Shown piece by piece: positions 38,518-47,335 of a stretch of 64,000 bases of DNA. The stretch's first letter is position 1. Each line of letters opens with the position of its first letter. The stretch covers positions 16,861 through 80,860 of the forward strand of contig JAKAVY010000001.1 of NCBI GenBank assembly GCA_021827405.1, written 5' to 3'. Position numbers and translations under genes: made by a program. Under the pieces are notes generated by a model, which was given only the letters and a program-made list of their open reading frames with translations, had not been told where the DNA came from and ran no database searches. Source of the DNA: Thermoplasmata archaeon (GTDB taxonomy: Archaea; Thermoplasmatota; Thermoplasmata; Lutacidiplasmatales; UBA184).

Positions 38518-40071
38518 ATGTCCGGGCCGGCCCCTGCCATCTCCCCGGCGCTCTCCCAGCGCAGTCACGCGGCATTGGAGGAGGCCCGGCACCTGGCGGA
38601 AACGATCCGTTCCCCCGACGTACGGGAGGCGGCCATGGCAGAGGTGGGACAGGGATGGGCCGCCTGGCAGAACCCGGGCCGTGCCCACCCGCTGGTGGAC
38701 CGCATCTCCCCCAATCAAGACCCTTTCCCGCAGTCCCCCTGGGGGGCCCTCCATCGGGCCCGGGTGGCGCTGGCCTATGCGGAGATGGGCTCGGCGGAGG
38801 CCGCCCTGTCCCGGTTCGAGGGGGCTCTCACGAAGTTCGCGGAGCTGCCTGCCTCGGCGCGGGCGGGGCTTTCCCATCCCTTCTGCGAGACCTTGGTCCG
38901 GGCGCACGAGCTGCTCGGCGACCCCCGGCTGATCGCCCTCGCCGAGCGGCTGCCGGGTCTCGAGGGAAGCCCTTCCGAGCTCGTCCAGGCTCTGGCCGCC
39001 CTCCTGCAGATGGAGCTCAACCTGACCCGGCTGGAAGGGGCCCGGCTGGCCTCCGAAAGGCTCCTGGGGCTCCTTAGGGCCCCGCACCGGCTGGACGAGC
39101 CCGCCCTGGACCGGCTCATGGAATTCTCCATCGGGTACGTGGAAGCCACCGCGGACCGGGCGGCGCTGACCGAGTTCCAGGACCGCGGGTTGCCCCTGCT
39201 CAGCCGACCGCTCTCCGTCAAGGCCCAGGCCCTCCTGGGCCGGGTGTATCGGGAGATGGGGGAGCCTCTCCGGGGGGAGCGCCTCCTTCGGGAGGCCCAA
39301 GGCGACCTCCCCACGCTCAAAGGGGTGGCCGACCGGACCCGGATCGGGCTGGAGCTGGCGTTGGTGCTCGCCCGGGACGGGAACCTCCCGGGCACGGAGA
39401 CGCTATTGCAGTGGTCCCGAGAGCAGACGCTTCCCCTGACCCGGTCGGGGTCCCCCTCCCCCTTCGAGGAGATCCTCATGCGGGGGCACGCGAACGCCTA
39501 TACCGCGCTCGGCCAGGTGGAAGAGCTTCGGCGGGAGACCCTGACCTGGCAGGAGGGCCCGGCGGGTCCCCTTCGGGAGACCGGACGGGAGTTCCTGGTC
39601 CGGCGATGGACCGAACTGGCCGCCGAACCCCCTCTCCTCCAGGCCCGGCTACGGCGGCTTCGGGAGCGTCTCGAGGTCAGCGCTCCAGAGACCTTCCGGC
39701 GCCTGGCCAACGAGGCGGAGCGGGCCCTGCAGGCGGGGGACCTGGTGGAGGCCCGCAAGGCCACCCAGCGTGCCAGCCGGGTGGCCTTGGCGTTCCTGGC
39801 CGAGACGCCGGACCTGGTGGAGGTCTGGACCACCCTTCGAGAGCTCACAGGCCATCTGGACCACTGGGACCCCCGGTGGGGGGACCGCCACCGGTTGCTC
39901 CGCAACATCGACGAGGCCCAAGAGGCCCTCCGCGCCCAGGACTGGCGCCGCCTACGACAGTCCCTCCGCAAGGCCCGGGAGATGCTGCGGGAACGCGAGC
40001 CCCAGGCCGAGCGGGGGCTCTCTCCCGGCCTGGACCCGAGCTCGATCCGGCCCCCGGACCGCGGGGCCTGA
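38518..40071 (+). CDS. Hypothetical all-alpha (TPR-like?) protein, 517 aa
   Basis: Balanced composition (W, F, Y, H, M and Q present), with helical A/L/R/E-rich segments. The antisense frames are P/G/R junk. No recognisable motif. It lies 45 nt downstream of etfA. Confidence 0.45.
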   Translation: MSGPAPAISPALSQRSHAALEEARHLAETIRSPDVREAAMAEVGQGWAAWQNPGRAHPLVDRISPNQDPFPQSPWGALHRARVALAYAEMGSAEAALSRFEGALTKFAELPASARAGLSHPFCETLVRAHELLGDPRLIALAERLPGLEGSPSELVQALAALLQMELNLTRLEGARLASERLLGLLRAPHRLDEPALDRLMEFSIGYVEATADRAALTEFQDRGLPLLSRPLSVKAQALLGRVYREMGEPLRGERLLREAQGDLPTLKGVADRTRIGLELALVLARDGNLPGTETLLQWSREQTLPLTRSGSPSPFEEILMRGHANAYTALGQVEELRRETLTWQEGPAGPLRETGREFLVRRWTELAAEPPLLQARLRRLRERLEVSAPETFRRLANEAERALQAGDLVEARKATQRASRVALAFLAETPDLVEVWTTLRELTGHLDHWDPRWGDRHRLLRNIDEAQEALRAQDWRRLRQSLRKAREMLREREPQAERGLSPGLDPSSIRPPDRGA

Positions 40072-40098
40072 GAACGCCTCCGCGCCGGTCCCCTGCCC

Positions 40099-40812
40099 CT
40101 ACGCGGTCCCGGGAGGCCGGGGGTTCCGCAACGCCTGCTGAGCTCCTTCGATGATCCGTTGGAACCTGAGCGGATGGGGCAAACCGGGCCAGGTCTCGTT
40201 GGCCATGTCGTTGGTGCCCAGGGCCTCGGCGCTCAAGCGTACGGTGCCGTACCCCAGGATCCGCTGGCCCACGCCTGTGCGGATCTCCACCCCCCGCACC
40301 TGGCCGAGCTGGATCTCATCGTAGTCGTGCGTGAAAATCCCCTGCTGGCGGATGACCCGGGTGGAGGTGACCACGTACACGGTCCGGATCCAACGGTAAT
40401 AGCGGACGGCAAAGAAGAGGACCCCGGCTAAGAGCAGGACGACCCCGAGGATGACCGGCCACGAGGAGACCGGGTACGGGACCTTCAGCAGCGAGCTCGA
40501 GGGGATCGTGGGGAGATAGGGCAGGTCTTGGACCAGCGAGGCGGACACATTGTGCCAGAGGATCAGGTTCGCGGCCAGGGCGATGACGAGGAGGGTCACC
40601 GGGCCGACCAGGAATATCCACCGGGTCGGATGGCTCTCGTAGAGCGGGACCTCCCCCTCGGTCAGGTACGTCGCCTTCAACAGATGCAAGACCCCGGGAG
40701 GAGAGCGGGCCGCGGGGGCCGGAGGACCGGTCATCGCGTAGAAAGGGGGACTCCTTCGGTAAATATGTTGCTCTTCCTTGGACGGCGATCCGAATGCGGG
40801 CATTCTCTCCAT
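40099..40812 (-). CDS. Membrane protein with a bacterial-type PH domain (bPH_2 / DUF304, YdbT-like)
   Basis: Two TM helices followed by YVVTSTRVIRQQGIFTHDYDEIQLGQVRGVEI...GYGTVRL, the characteristic bPH_2 pattern. Confidence 0.55.
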   Translation of the reverse strand: MERMPAFGSPSKEEQHIYRRSPPFYAMTGPPAPAARSPPGVLHLLKATYLTEGEVPLYESHPTRWIFLVGPVTLLVIALAANLILWHNVSASLVQDLPYLPTIPSSSLLKVPYPVSSWPVILGVVLLLAGVLFFAVRYYRWIRTVYVVTSTRVIRQQGIFTHDYDEIQLGQVRGVEIRTGVGQRILGYGTVRLSAEALGTNDMANETWPGLPHPLRFQRIIEGAQQALRNPRPPGTA

Positions 40813-41020
40813 CCGGCCGACGGCTTACTTTGACCCCCGGGTCCCGGCCCCCGGTCCCCGCCCGCGGTCTGAGAGGCCTTTCACGCCGTCCGGTGGAAGG
40901 GGCCTCGAGGTCCGCTCGCGCCCGGGGCCATCCTCCCCGTCCGCCGTCCCGGCCCGAGCGGACCGTAGGTCACCGCGTAGGACCCTCTCCCCGGATGACA
41001 AGGGACGGGAGGGTGCTCCT

Positions 41021-41875
41021 GTGAGCGTCACCGATTGTCATGTGCACATCAACCCCCTCTGGGAGATGCTCCCGGCGGCCCGGGCCCTGATGGAGCGGGA
41101 GAGAGGCGGGCTGGAGCCGCTCGACCCTTACCTGAACGATCCCTCCCGTTTCCTCGCTTCCTTGGACCGCGCCGGTGTGGACCGGGCGGTCCTGGTGAAC
41201 TACGTGAGCCCGGAGGTGGTCGGGTACACCGAACGATCCAACGATTTCGTCCTTCGCTACGTGCGGGGCCACGAGGACCGGCTGGTGGCGGTGGGATCGG
41301 TCCATCCCCGTCTCCACCCGGATCCCCGTCGCGGGGTCCAAGACCTGGCGGACCGGGGGATCCGGGGGATCAAGCTGCATCCCCCGCATCAGCTGTTCTA
41401 TCCGAACGCCTACCGTCCGGAGGAGGGAGGGGACGGCAAGCTCCAGGCCCTCTACGCGGTCTGTCAGGAGCTGGGGCTACCGGTGATCTTCCACACGGGG
41501 ACCTCGGTCTTCCCCGGGGCGCGGGACAAGTACGCCGAGCCCCTGCGGGTGGAGGATGTCGTTCTGGACTTCCCGGACCTGACCGTGGTGCTCGCGCACG
41601 GGGGACGGCCGCTCTGGATGGACCAGGCGCAGTACCTCTGTCGCCGTTTCCCCAACGTGTACCTCGAGGTCTCGAGCGTCCCTCCCCCCCGGCTGCTGAC
41701 GTACTTCCCAGACCTGGTCCGGCTGTCTTCCCGGGTGCTCTTTGGGAGCGACTGGCCGGGCCCGGGGGTCAAAGACCTGGGAGAGAACCTCCGGCAGTTC
41801 CGGGCCCTTCCCTTGCCCCCCGAGACCGTCCGGCGCATCCTGGAAGAGAACCCGCTTCGGGTCTTCCCCCCGTGA
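41021..41875 (+). CDS. Amidohydrolase-2-family metal-dependent TIM-barrel hydrolase (GTG start)
   Basis: The N-terminal CHVHI metal-binding motif, GIKLHPPHQ, FHTGTS and VLAHGGRPLW (His ligands) and a conserved Asp in LFGSDWPG are typical of amidohydrolase_2. Confidence 0.7.
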   Translation: MSVTDCHVHINPLWEMLPAARALMERERGGLEPLDPYLNDPSRFLASLDRAGVDRAVLVNYVSPEVVGYTERSNDFVLRYVRGHEDRLVAVGSVHPRLHPDPRRGVQDLADRGIRGIKLHPPHQLFYPNAYRPEEGGDGKLQALYAVCQELGLPVIFHTGTSVFPGARDKYAEPLRVEDVVLDFPDLTVVLAHGGRPLWMDQAQYLCRRFPNVYLEVSSVPPPRLLTYFPDLVRLSSRVLFGSDWPGPGVKDLGENLRQFRALPLPPETVRRILEENPLRVFPP

Positions 41876-41892
41876 GCGGGCCGCGGGCGGAG

Positions 41893-41899
41893 TATTATA
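41893..41899 (+). promoter_or_regulatory. TATA box (TATTATA) centred about 28 nt upstream of the aIF-1A ATG (41924), predicting a leaderless mRNA
   Basis: ggagtattataccc at 41890-41903 is the only AT-rich heptamer in the 48-nt gap after the amidohydrolase stop. The spacing equals the canonical archaeal TATA-TSS distance. Confidence 0.45.
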
Positions 41900-41923
41900 C
41901 CCAAGGACGCTGGTCCGTTCCCG

Positions 41924-42412
41924 ATGCCTGAGGACGACGAGCAGCCGGCGGTGGGGGGAGCGCCTCCCGCCCCGGAGAAGGTCCCCCCTCCCTCCGGCGA
42001 GGGGACCTCCGGCGAACCCCCGGCCACCGAGGAGGTCGCCCCGGAGGTGGGCCCCGCCTCCATCGAGGGCGGGGAGGGAGTGGGACGGCTCCCCCTCCCC
42101 CGGCACGAGCGGGGGGAGATCTACGCCGTCGCGAACCAGTTGCTCGGAGCGGCGCGGATCCGGGTGATGTGCGAGGATGGCGTGTCGCGGATGGGACGGA
42201 TCACGGGGAAGCTCAAGAAGAAGATGTGGATCCGGGAAGGGGACCTGCTCATCGTGCGCCCCTGGGGATTCCAGGAGGGGAAGGGGGACATCCTGTTCCG
42301 TTACAGCCGGACCCAGGCCAACTACCTGAGCCGGCGGCATCTCCTTCCCCCGGCCCTCGACGTCTTCGGGGGAGAGCTCCCTCCCGAGCCGGAGCGGCGC
42401 CGGCGCCGTTGA
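41924..42412 (+). CDS. eif1a: Translation initiation factor aIF-1A with a 55-aa acidic Pro/Glu/Gly-rich N-terminal extension
   Basis: S1/OB core IYAVANQLLGAARIRVMCEDGVSRMGRITGKLKKKMWIREGDLLIVRPWGFQEGKGDILFRY aligns with aIF-1A (GxVxxxLGNGRxxVxCxDGxxRLGRIPGKMRKKVWIxxGDIVLV). An in-frame GTG at 42080 would give a canonical-length protein. Confidence 0.85.
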   Translation: MPEDDEQPAVGGAPPAPEKVPPPSGEGTSGEPPATEEVAPEVGPASIEGGEGVGRLPLPRHERGEIYAVANQLLGAARIRVMCEDGVSRMGRITGKLKKKMWIREGDLLIVRPWGFQEGKGDILFRYSRTQANYLSRRHLLPPALDVFGGELPPEPERRRRR

Positions 42413-42414
42413 GC

Positions 42415-43944
42415 ATGGTGGAGTCGGCCCTCCCCTCCCCGCGCCCGTATTCCGGGCTGGAGGTACGCGTCTTGGAGGCCAACGCCATGGCCCGGGGGTG
42501 TTCCCTCGCGGGGTTGATGGAGAGCGCCGGCCAGGTGGTCGCAGAGGAGGTCCGGAGGCATCTGCCGCCCCCTCCCTCTCCCGTAGGGATCGTGGTGGGA
42601 TCTGGCAACAATGGGGGCGACGGGTTGGCGGCCGCCTACTACCTCAACCTGAACGGCCATCCCCCACGCATCTGGATGCTCCAGCCCCCTTCCGAACTGC
42701 GTTCGGAGATGGCCCGGGGGATGTGGCGGCGGGTCGCCGCCTTCCCGGGGTTCACGGTGGGCATCCCGAAGGTGGCGGACCTCTCCGAGCTGCCCTTGGT
42801 GGTGGATGCCATGATCGGGACCGGCGGGGAGGGGGAACTGCGGGAACCGTATCGGACCGCGGTGACGGAGATCAATGCCTCGCACGCCAACGTCCTGTCC
42901 GTCGACCTGCCGACCGGGCTCGGGACGTCGACCCCGCTCCAGGCCCGCTGGACCATCTCCCTCGAGGTGCTCAAGGAAGGGATGGACCACCCGTCGGTGG
43001 GAGAGGTGACGGTCCGTTCCATCGGCATGCCCCCGGAGGCGAAGGAGGAGACCGGACCGGGGGAGTTCCACTTCTTCCCCCAGCCCGGCCCGAACGCCAG
43101 AAAGGGCTCCCAGGGGCGGCTCGTGGTGGTGGGCGGAGGGCCCTACCCGGGCGCCCCGACGCTGGCGGCCCTCGCCTCCCTCAAGGCGGGGGTGGACATG
43201 ATCTTCCTGGTGGTCCCGGGCGGGGTGGCCGACGTCATCCAGGGATACTCGCCCGAGATCATCGTCCGGGGTGTGGGCCACGGGCGAACCTTCCAGGAGG
43301 AGGAGGCCTCCACGCTCTGGAGCCTCGTCCAGACCCTTAGGCCAGACGCCCTCCTGGTGGGGAACGGGGCAGGGACCGATCCCTCCACCGTGGTCGCCCT
43401 GGAGGAGTTCCTGGAGCAGGCGCTGGCCCGGGTGCCGGTGGTCCTCGACGCCGACGGTCTCAGGGTGGTCGGACAGCGGCGGGGCTCTCCCTTCCGTGAC
43501 CAGGATGCCCGACGGTTATTGATGACGCCGAACGGGCGCGAGTACGCCCATCTGAAGGACCCCCGGTCGCCGGCCCTGGCGCCGGTCGAACCGTTGGAGG
43601 TCCGTACGCTCGCCCGTCAGCTCCGGGCCACCCTCCTGGTCAAAGGAGCGACGGACTGGGTCTCGGACGGGTCCGCGGTCTGGGCGAACCGGGTCCACCA
43701 TCCCGCCCAAGTGGTGGGAGGGGCGGGGGACACCCTCGCCGGGGTGGCCGCCTCCCTGATGGCCCGGGGGCTCTTCCCCTCGCAGGCGGCCCGACTGGCC
43801 ACGTATTGGGTGGGCACGGCCGCGTTACGGCTCTTCCCCCGGACCAGCTACGGCATGACCCCGCTGTCGCTCTCCGACGAACTGCCGGGGGCCCTGGCCG
43901 AGGGCCTGGCCCGGGCGCCGGACCCTCGCCGGGCTCAGGCGTAA
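42415..43944 (+). CDS. nnr: Bifunctional NAD(P)H-hydrate repair enzyme Nnr (YjeF-N epimerase + YjeF-C ADP-dependent dehydratase)
   Basis: N-domain IVVGSGNNGGDGLAAAYYL and C-domain GxGGxGDxLAG-type motif QVVGGAGDTLAGVAASLMARG. Its ATG lies 3 nt after the aIF-1A stop. Confidence 0.8.
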   Translation: MVESALPSPRPYSGLEVRVLEANAMARGCSLAGLMESAGQVVAEEVRRHLPPPPSPVGIVVGSGNNGGDGLAAAYYLNLNGHPPRIWMLQPPSELRSEMARGMWRRVAAFPGFTVGIPKVADLSELPLVVDAMIGTGGEGELREPYRTAVTEINASHANVLSVDLPTGLGTSTPLQARWTISLEVLKEGMDHPSVGEVTVRSIGMPPEAKEETGPGEFHFFPQPGPNARKGSQGRLVVVGGGPYPGAPTLAALASLKAGVDMIFLVVPGGVADVIQGYSPEIIVRGVGHGRTFQEEEASTLWSLVQTLRPDALLVGNGAGTDPSTVVALEEFLEQALARVPVVLDADGLRVVGQRRGSPFRDQDARRLLMTPNGREYAHLKDPRSPALAPVEPLEVRTLARQLRATLLVKGATDWVSDGSAVWANRVHHPAQVVGGAGDTLAGVAASLMARGLFPSQAARLATYWVGTAALRLFPRTSYGMTPLSLSDELPGALAEGLARAPDPRRAQA

Positions 43945-44567
43945 CGGATGCGGCCCCGGATCTCTTGCGCCCGGGTCAGGCTCTCCCGGGCCCCCGGGAA
44001 GACGCCCTCGTAGCCGGCCCGGAAGGCCTGCAAGAGACGGGGCGCCTCGGCGGAAAGGGTGTTCAGGTCCTCTTCCACGAGGTGGAGGTCGATCCCCAGC
44101 TCCTCCAGGTCCGGCTCCCGGGAGCCCAACGAGAGATCGAGGAGGGTCAAGTGGTCCCCATCCCAGAGCACATTGGAGGCCGTGAGGTCCCCATGCGAGA
44201 TCCGGGCGGCGTGGAGGCGGCCGAGGAGCGTTCCCCAGCGTCCGCAGAGGGCCTCCTGTTCCGAGAGCGGGCCCGCCCCGGGACCCAGGAGCTCGGTGAG
44301 GGGTCTGCCCGGCAAGCGCTCCAACACCAAGGAGAACCCCTCCTCGTCCACGTCCAGGACGAGGGGGGTCGGCACCCCGGCGCGGCGGGCGTCCCTAAGC
44401 AGACGGACCTCGGTCCGGATCCGTCCGAGCCGGAGACGCCGGTCCAGGTCCTCGGGACGGTAGCTCTTCTCGGGCCGGACCTTGCGGACCGCGGGTACCC
44501 CGAGGAAGTCTTCCTCGCTGACCCGGGCCTCGGCCCCCTCCGCCAGGAACCCGCGCGCTTGGCCCAT
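43935..44567 (-). CDS. bud32: KEOPS-complex small atypical kinase Bud32 (Kae1-associated kinase)
   Basis: 210 aa with KSYRPEDLDRRLRLGRIRTEVRLLRDARRAGVPTP (Bud32 N-lobe), catalytic ISHGDLTASNVLW, and a short C-lobe typical of archaeal Bud32/RIO-like kinases. Confidence 0.7.
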   Translation of the reverse strand: MGQARGFLAEGAEARVSEEDFLGVPAVRKVRPEKSYRPEDLDRRLRLGRIRTEVRLLRDARRAGVPTPLVLDVDEEGFSLVLERLPGRPLTELLGPGAGPLSEQEALCGRWGTLLGRLHAARISHGDLTASNVLWDGDHLTLLDLSLGSREPDLEELGIDLHLVEEDLNTLSAEAPRLLQAFRAGYEGVFPGARESLTRAQEIRGRIRYA

Positions 44568-44580
44568 GGGATCGCGCCGG

Positions 44581-45474
44581 TCAGGGCGTCGGGGGGGCCC
44601 CGCCCTTCCGGTGCGCCTCCACGCGGAGGATCGCCTCCCGGGCGAGGCGGGCCGCCAGGGCGCTGGTGTTCCCCTGGTCCCATGGCGGGGAGACCTCCAT
44701 GATATCGAGGCCCGCGAGCCGGGGGGCCGCCAGGTCGATCACGGTCTTCACATCGAGCGGGGTCAGCCCGAACGGTTCGGGGGTCCCGGTGGCCGGGGCG
44801 TATGCTGGGTCGATCCCATCGATGTCCAGGGTGATGTAGACCCGTTCCGTGCCCAACCGTTCCAGGGCCCGCGCCACCACCGCCCGGATGCCGTCCCGGT
44901 GGATGTCGTAGGCGCTGAAGTAGGGCATCCCCAGGCGGTCGTTGTCCTCCTTCTCGTCCCGGGACATGGAGCGGACCCCCAGCACCACGACCCGGGAGGC
45001 CCCCAGGTGCTCCACCATCCGGCGCGCGGAGCAGGCGTGGCTACGGCGATCGCCCAAATAGCTCTCCCGGAAGTCCAGGTGCGCGTCGAGGTAGAGGACG
45101 CCGAGGGAAGCGTCCCGGGGGGCCGACTCCACCACGGGGGGGGCGCACGCATGGTCCCCGCCGAAGACGATGGGAAACTTCCCGTCCTCCCAGAGGGGTC
45201 TCACGAGCTCTCGAACCCCCCGGACCATGTCTTCGGCGCTGCCGAACTCCTCGGCGTTCCCCAGGTCATGGACCGGGATCTCGCTGAGGTCCAGCCCGGT
45301 CTCGAAGTTGTAGGGCTCGAAGTTCCAGGACTGTTGGCGGATGGCGTCCGGGCCAAAGCGTGCTCCAGGGCGGAACGAGGTGGTCCGGTCGAACGGGACG
45401 CCGAGGATGACGTAGCGAGCTTCCTTGAGGGTCGCCGCGGCGTCAGCGAACGTGGGCAACTGGGTCGCCGGCAT
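44581..45474 (-). CDS. speB: Agmatinase / arginase-family ureohydrolase
   Basis: Mn-binding motifs GGDH, DAHLD and ITLDIDGIDP (DxDxDP) in a 297-aa protein. Confidence 0.85.
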   Translation of the reverse strand: MPATQLPTFADAAATLKEARYVILGVPFDRTTSFRPGARFGPDAIRQQSWNFEPYNFETGLDLSEIPVHDLGNAEEFGSAEDMVRGVRELVRPLWEDGKFPIVFGGDHACAPPVVESAPRDASLGVLYLDAHLDFRESYLGDRRSHACSARRMVEHLGASRVVVLGVRSMSRDEKEDNDRLGMPYFSAYDIHRDGIRAVVARALERLGTERVYITLDIDGIDPAYAPATGTPEPFGLTPLDVKTVIDLAAPRLAGLDIMEVSPPWDQGNTSALAARLAREAILRVEAHRKGGAPPTP

Positions 45475-45951
45475 GCCCTCCTCCCGACCCCCCTCGGCTA
45501 TAAGAGGGCCCCTCCGGGGGGATGGCCCTGTCCTACCGGGAACGATCGGGACCGTGCCCCCGCCGGAGACCCGGGCCTGTGGAAGACTGCCTGCCCCGGG
45601 TCATCCCTGGCGGCTACCCCTCCCGTCCCTGGGAATGTCTCGGTTTGCCACGCCGGAGGGGTAAGCCCTTTGGGCCGTACGGGAGGACCCGGAAGCGGCC
45701 ACGCCAGCAGCCGCCAGCAAGCCCCGGGCCTCTGGAGCCTCCTGCCAAGGGACAAGCCTGGACCGCGGCGAGCGGCCGGGCCCGCCTCCATTCGGGGGCG
45801 GCTCAGGTCCTGCCCATGCGGCCCACCTTGGCCCCCCGGGGAACCGGAAGGTACTTCACGGTCTTGCAGGCCCATCAAGACCCGGGAACCTCTTGCGCCA
45901 GGAACTCCAGGGTCCACCTCCGTCGCGCCATCCTGCGTCAGACGGGGAGCC

Positions 45952-45967
45952 GTCAACCCGGGTTGAC
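45952..45967. promoter_or_regulatory. Perfect 16-bp palindrome GTCAACCCGGGTTGAC in a 570-bp non-coding region, about 75 nt upstream of the ORF at 46042
   Basis: The sequence equals its own reverse complement and is followed by a locally AT-richer stretch (atagggattaagaa). Confidence 0.3.
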
Positions 45968-46041
45968 ATAGGGATTAAGAACCCGATCGGGGCCTCAAAT
46001 GCGCACCCTGCTGAGGGGCGTGGGAGAGAGTACTTGAGGAG

Positions 46042-46662
46042 ATGTCCCTGAGCATCGGAAGGAAAGAAGACTGTCCGTGGAAGAACAGCGCCCACTGCCC
46101 GCTTGGCGCGGCCCGCCCCGAGGAGAGGCCGGTCCTGAACATGCGTCTGGACGCGGCCCCGGCCGGTATGATCGCCTGCGCCTGCGTGTCCTCCCACGAC
46201 GCCGGGGGAGCGCGGGAAGGCCCGGGACCCGTTCCTTGGGAGGCATTGGGGCCGCCGCTCTACATCGAAGCGGCGGAGAACCGGCTGAAGCGGATCGGAC
46301 CCCGGGAGTGGGGGGTTCTCCAGAACGTGCTCCGACACCCTCTTGCGGGCCTGCCCGCGCTCGGCCTTCAGTTGCTTCCGGAGAGATTGCAAGACCACCT
46401 TCTAGACGCGGTCCAGGCGGGCTGGGAGACCAACCTGAGGCTCAATCTGGAGCCCTTGGCCGTCGCGCCAGACCGGTTTTCCGTCCTCGCGCTCCGCGCT
46501 TTGTGCCAGGAAACCGGGACCCGGTTCGTGGTCGATGAGGCAGAGCCCGTTTCCTCTGGCGCGACGAGCCCTGACGGAGCTTCGGCTGCCCTGTCCCTTG
46601 TCTCGAGGAAGGCCTCCAGCGTAGCGGCACCTTCCGGGACTGGGAACCTGGTCGACCCGTAG
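46042..46662 (+). CDS. Hypothetical protein (206 aa), no recognisable domain
   Basis: Amino-acid composition is reasonably diverse (K, E, D, W, N, Q), whereas the overlapping frames are P/G/R-rich. An alternative start is MRLDAAPAGM (46140). Confidence 0.3.
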   Translation: MSLSIGRKEDCPWKNSAHCPLGAARPEERPVLNMRLDAAPAGMIACACVSSHDAGGAREGPGPVPWEALGPPLYIEAAENRLKRIGPREWGVLQNVLRHPLAGLPALGLQLLPERLQDHLLDAVQAGWETNLRLNLEPLAVAPDRFSVLALRALCQETGTRFVVDEAEPVSSGATSPDGASAALSLVSRKASSVAAPSGTGNLVDP

Positions 46663-46825
46663 CGAGGGCGAAGGCCTCCGCGAGCCCGCCGGCACCCCCT
46701 GAGCGACCGGGGGGTCCGGCCCGGCTGCCCCGAAGCCCCCTTGCGCGGCCCCCGGGGAGATGGGTCCAGTCCGCTTGACGGGGGCTGTTTAAGCGCTCGC
46801 CCTGGTCTCCCTCCCTGGTACGACC

Positions 46826-47218
46826 ATGGCCGCCAGTGGGGAGAGACGCCCCGGGGGGTTCCCTCGCCAGGGCATCGTTTGGGTCTTCGCGGGACTCCTC
46901 CTCCTGGCCGGGGTCCTGCTCTTCCTTCTGGGGGAAGCTTCCAGCGGGGGTACCCGGTTCGGCTGGGGGATGATGTACGGGGGTGGGGCCTTCGGATATT
47001 TCGCGCTGGCCGGGGGTCTCATCATGGTCGGGGCCCTGCTCGTCGTGGTCCTCCTCGTCCTGCTCTTCGTTCGGGCCGCCAACGCCCTTGTCCCCGAGCG
47101 CCCCTTCCCGGTCGCTCCCGAAGAGCCTCTCGCGATCGTCCGACGGCGCTACGCAGAAGGGGACATCTCCAAGGAGCAGTTCGAACAGATGACCCGGGAC
47201 CTGACCTCCGCGCGGTGA
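46826..47218 (+). CDS. SHOCT-domain membrane protein
   Basis: Two hydrophobic helices followed by the C-terminal LAIVRRRYAEGDISKEQFEQMTRDL, which matches the SHOCT (short C-terminal domain) consensus. Confidence 0.55.
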   Translation: MAASGERRPGGFPRQGIVWVFAGLLLLAGVLLFLLGEASSGGTRFGWGMMYGGGAFGYFALAGGLIMVGALLVVVLLVLLFVRAANALVPERPFPVAPEEPLAIVRRRYAEGDISKEQFEQMTRDLTSAR

Positions 47219-47335
47219 TCGAGCGGGCTTCGGGGGTCCCTCGATCCCAAGCCCGGGACCAGGAATGCGTCTCCGAGGCGCAAAGGGCATAGCCCTATCT
47301 GCCCTGGCTTCCCCGACCCCAAGAGGTAAGCGCCC

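Noticed and set aside
41924-42080. Possibility that the aIF-1A N-terminal extension is an annotation artefact (true start GTG at 42080)
   Set aside because: Not rejected outright. The TATA box at 41893-41899 lies at leaderless distance from the ATG at 41924 and there is no alternative promoter-like element before 42080. The longer form is therefore favoured, but flagged.
45522-45971. 149-aa +-strand ORF in the speB upstream gap
   Set aside because: R/P/G-rich, with no motifs. The region was treated as non-coding.
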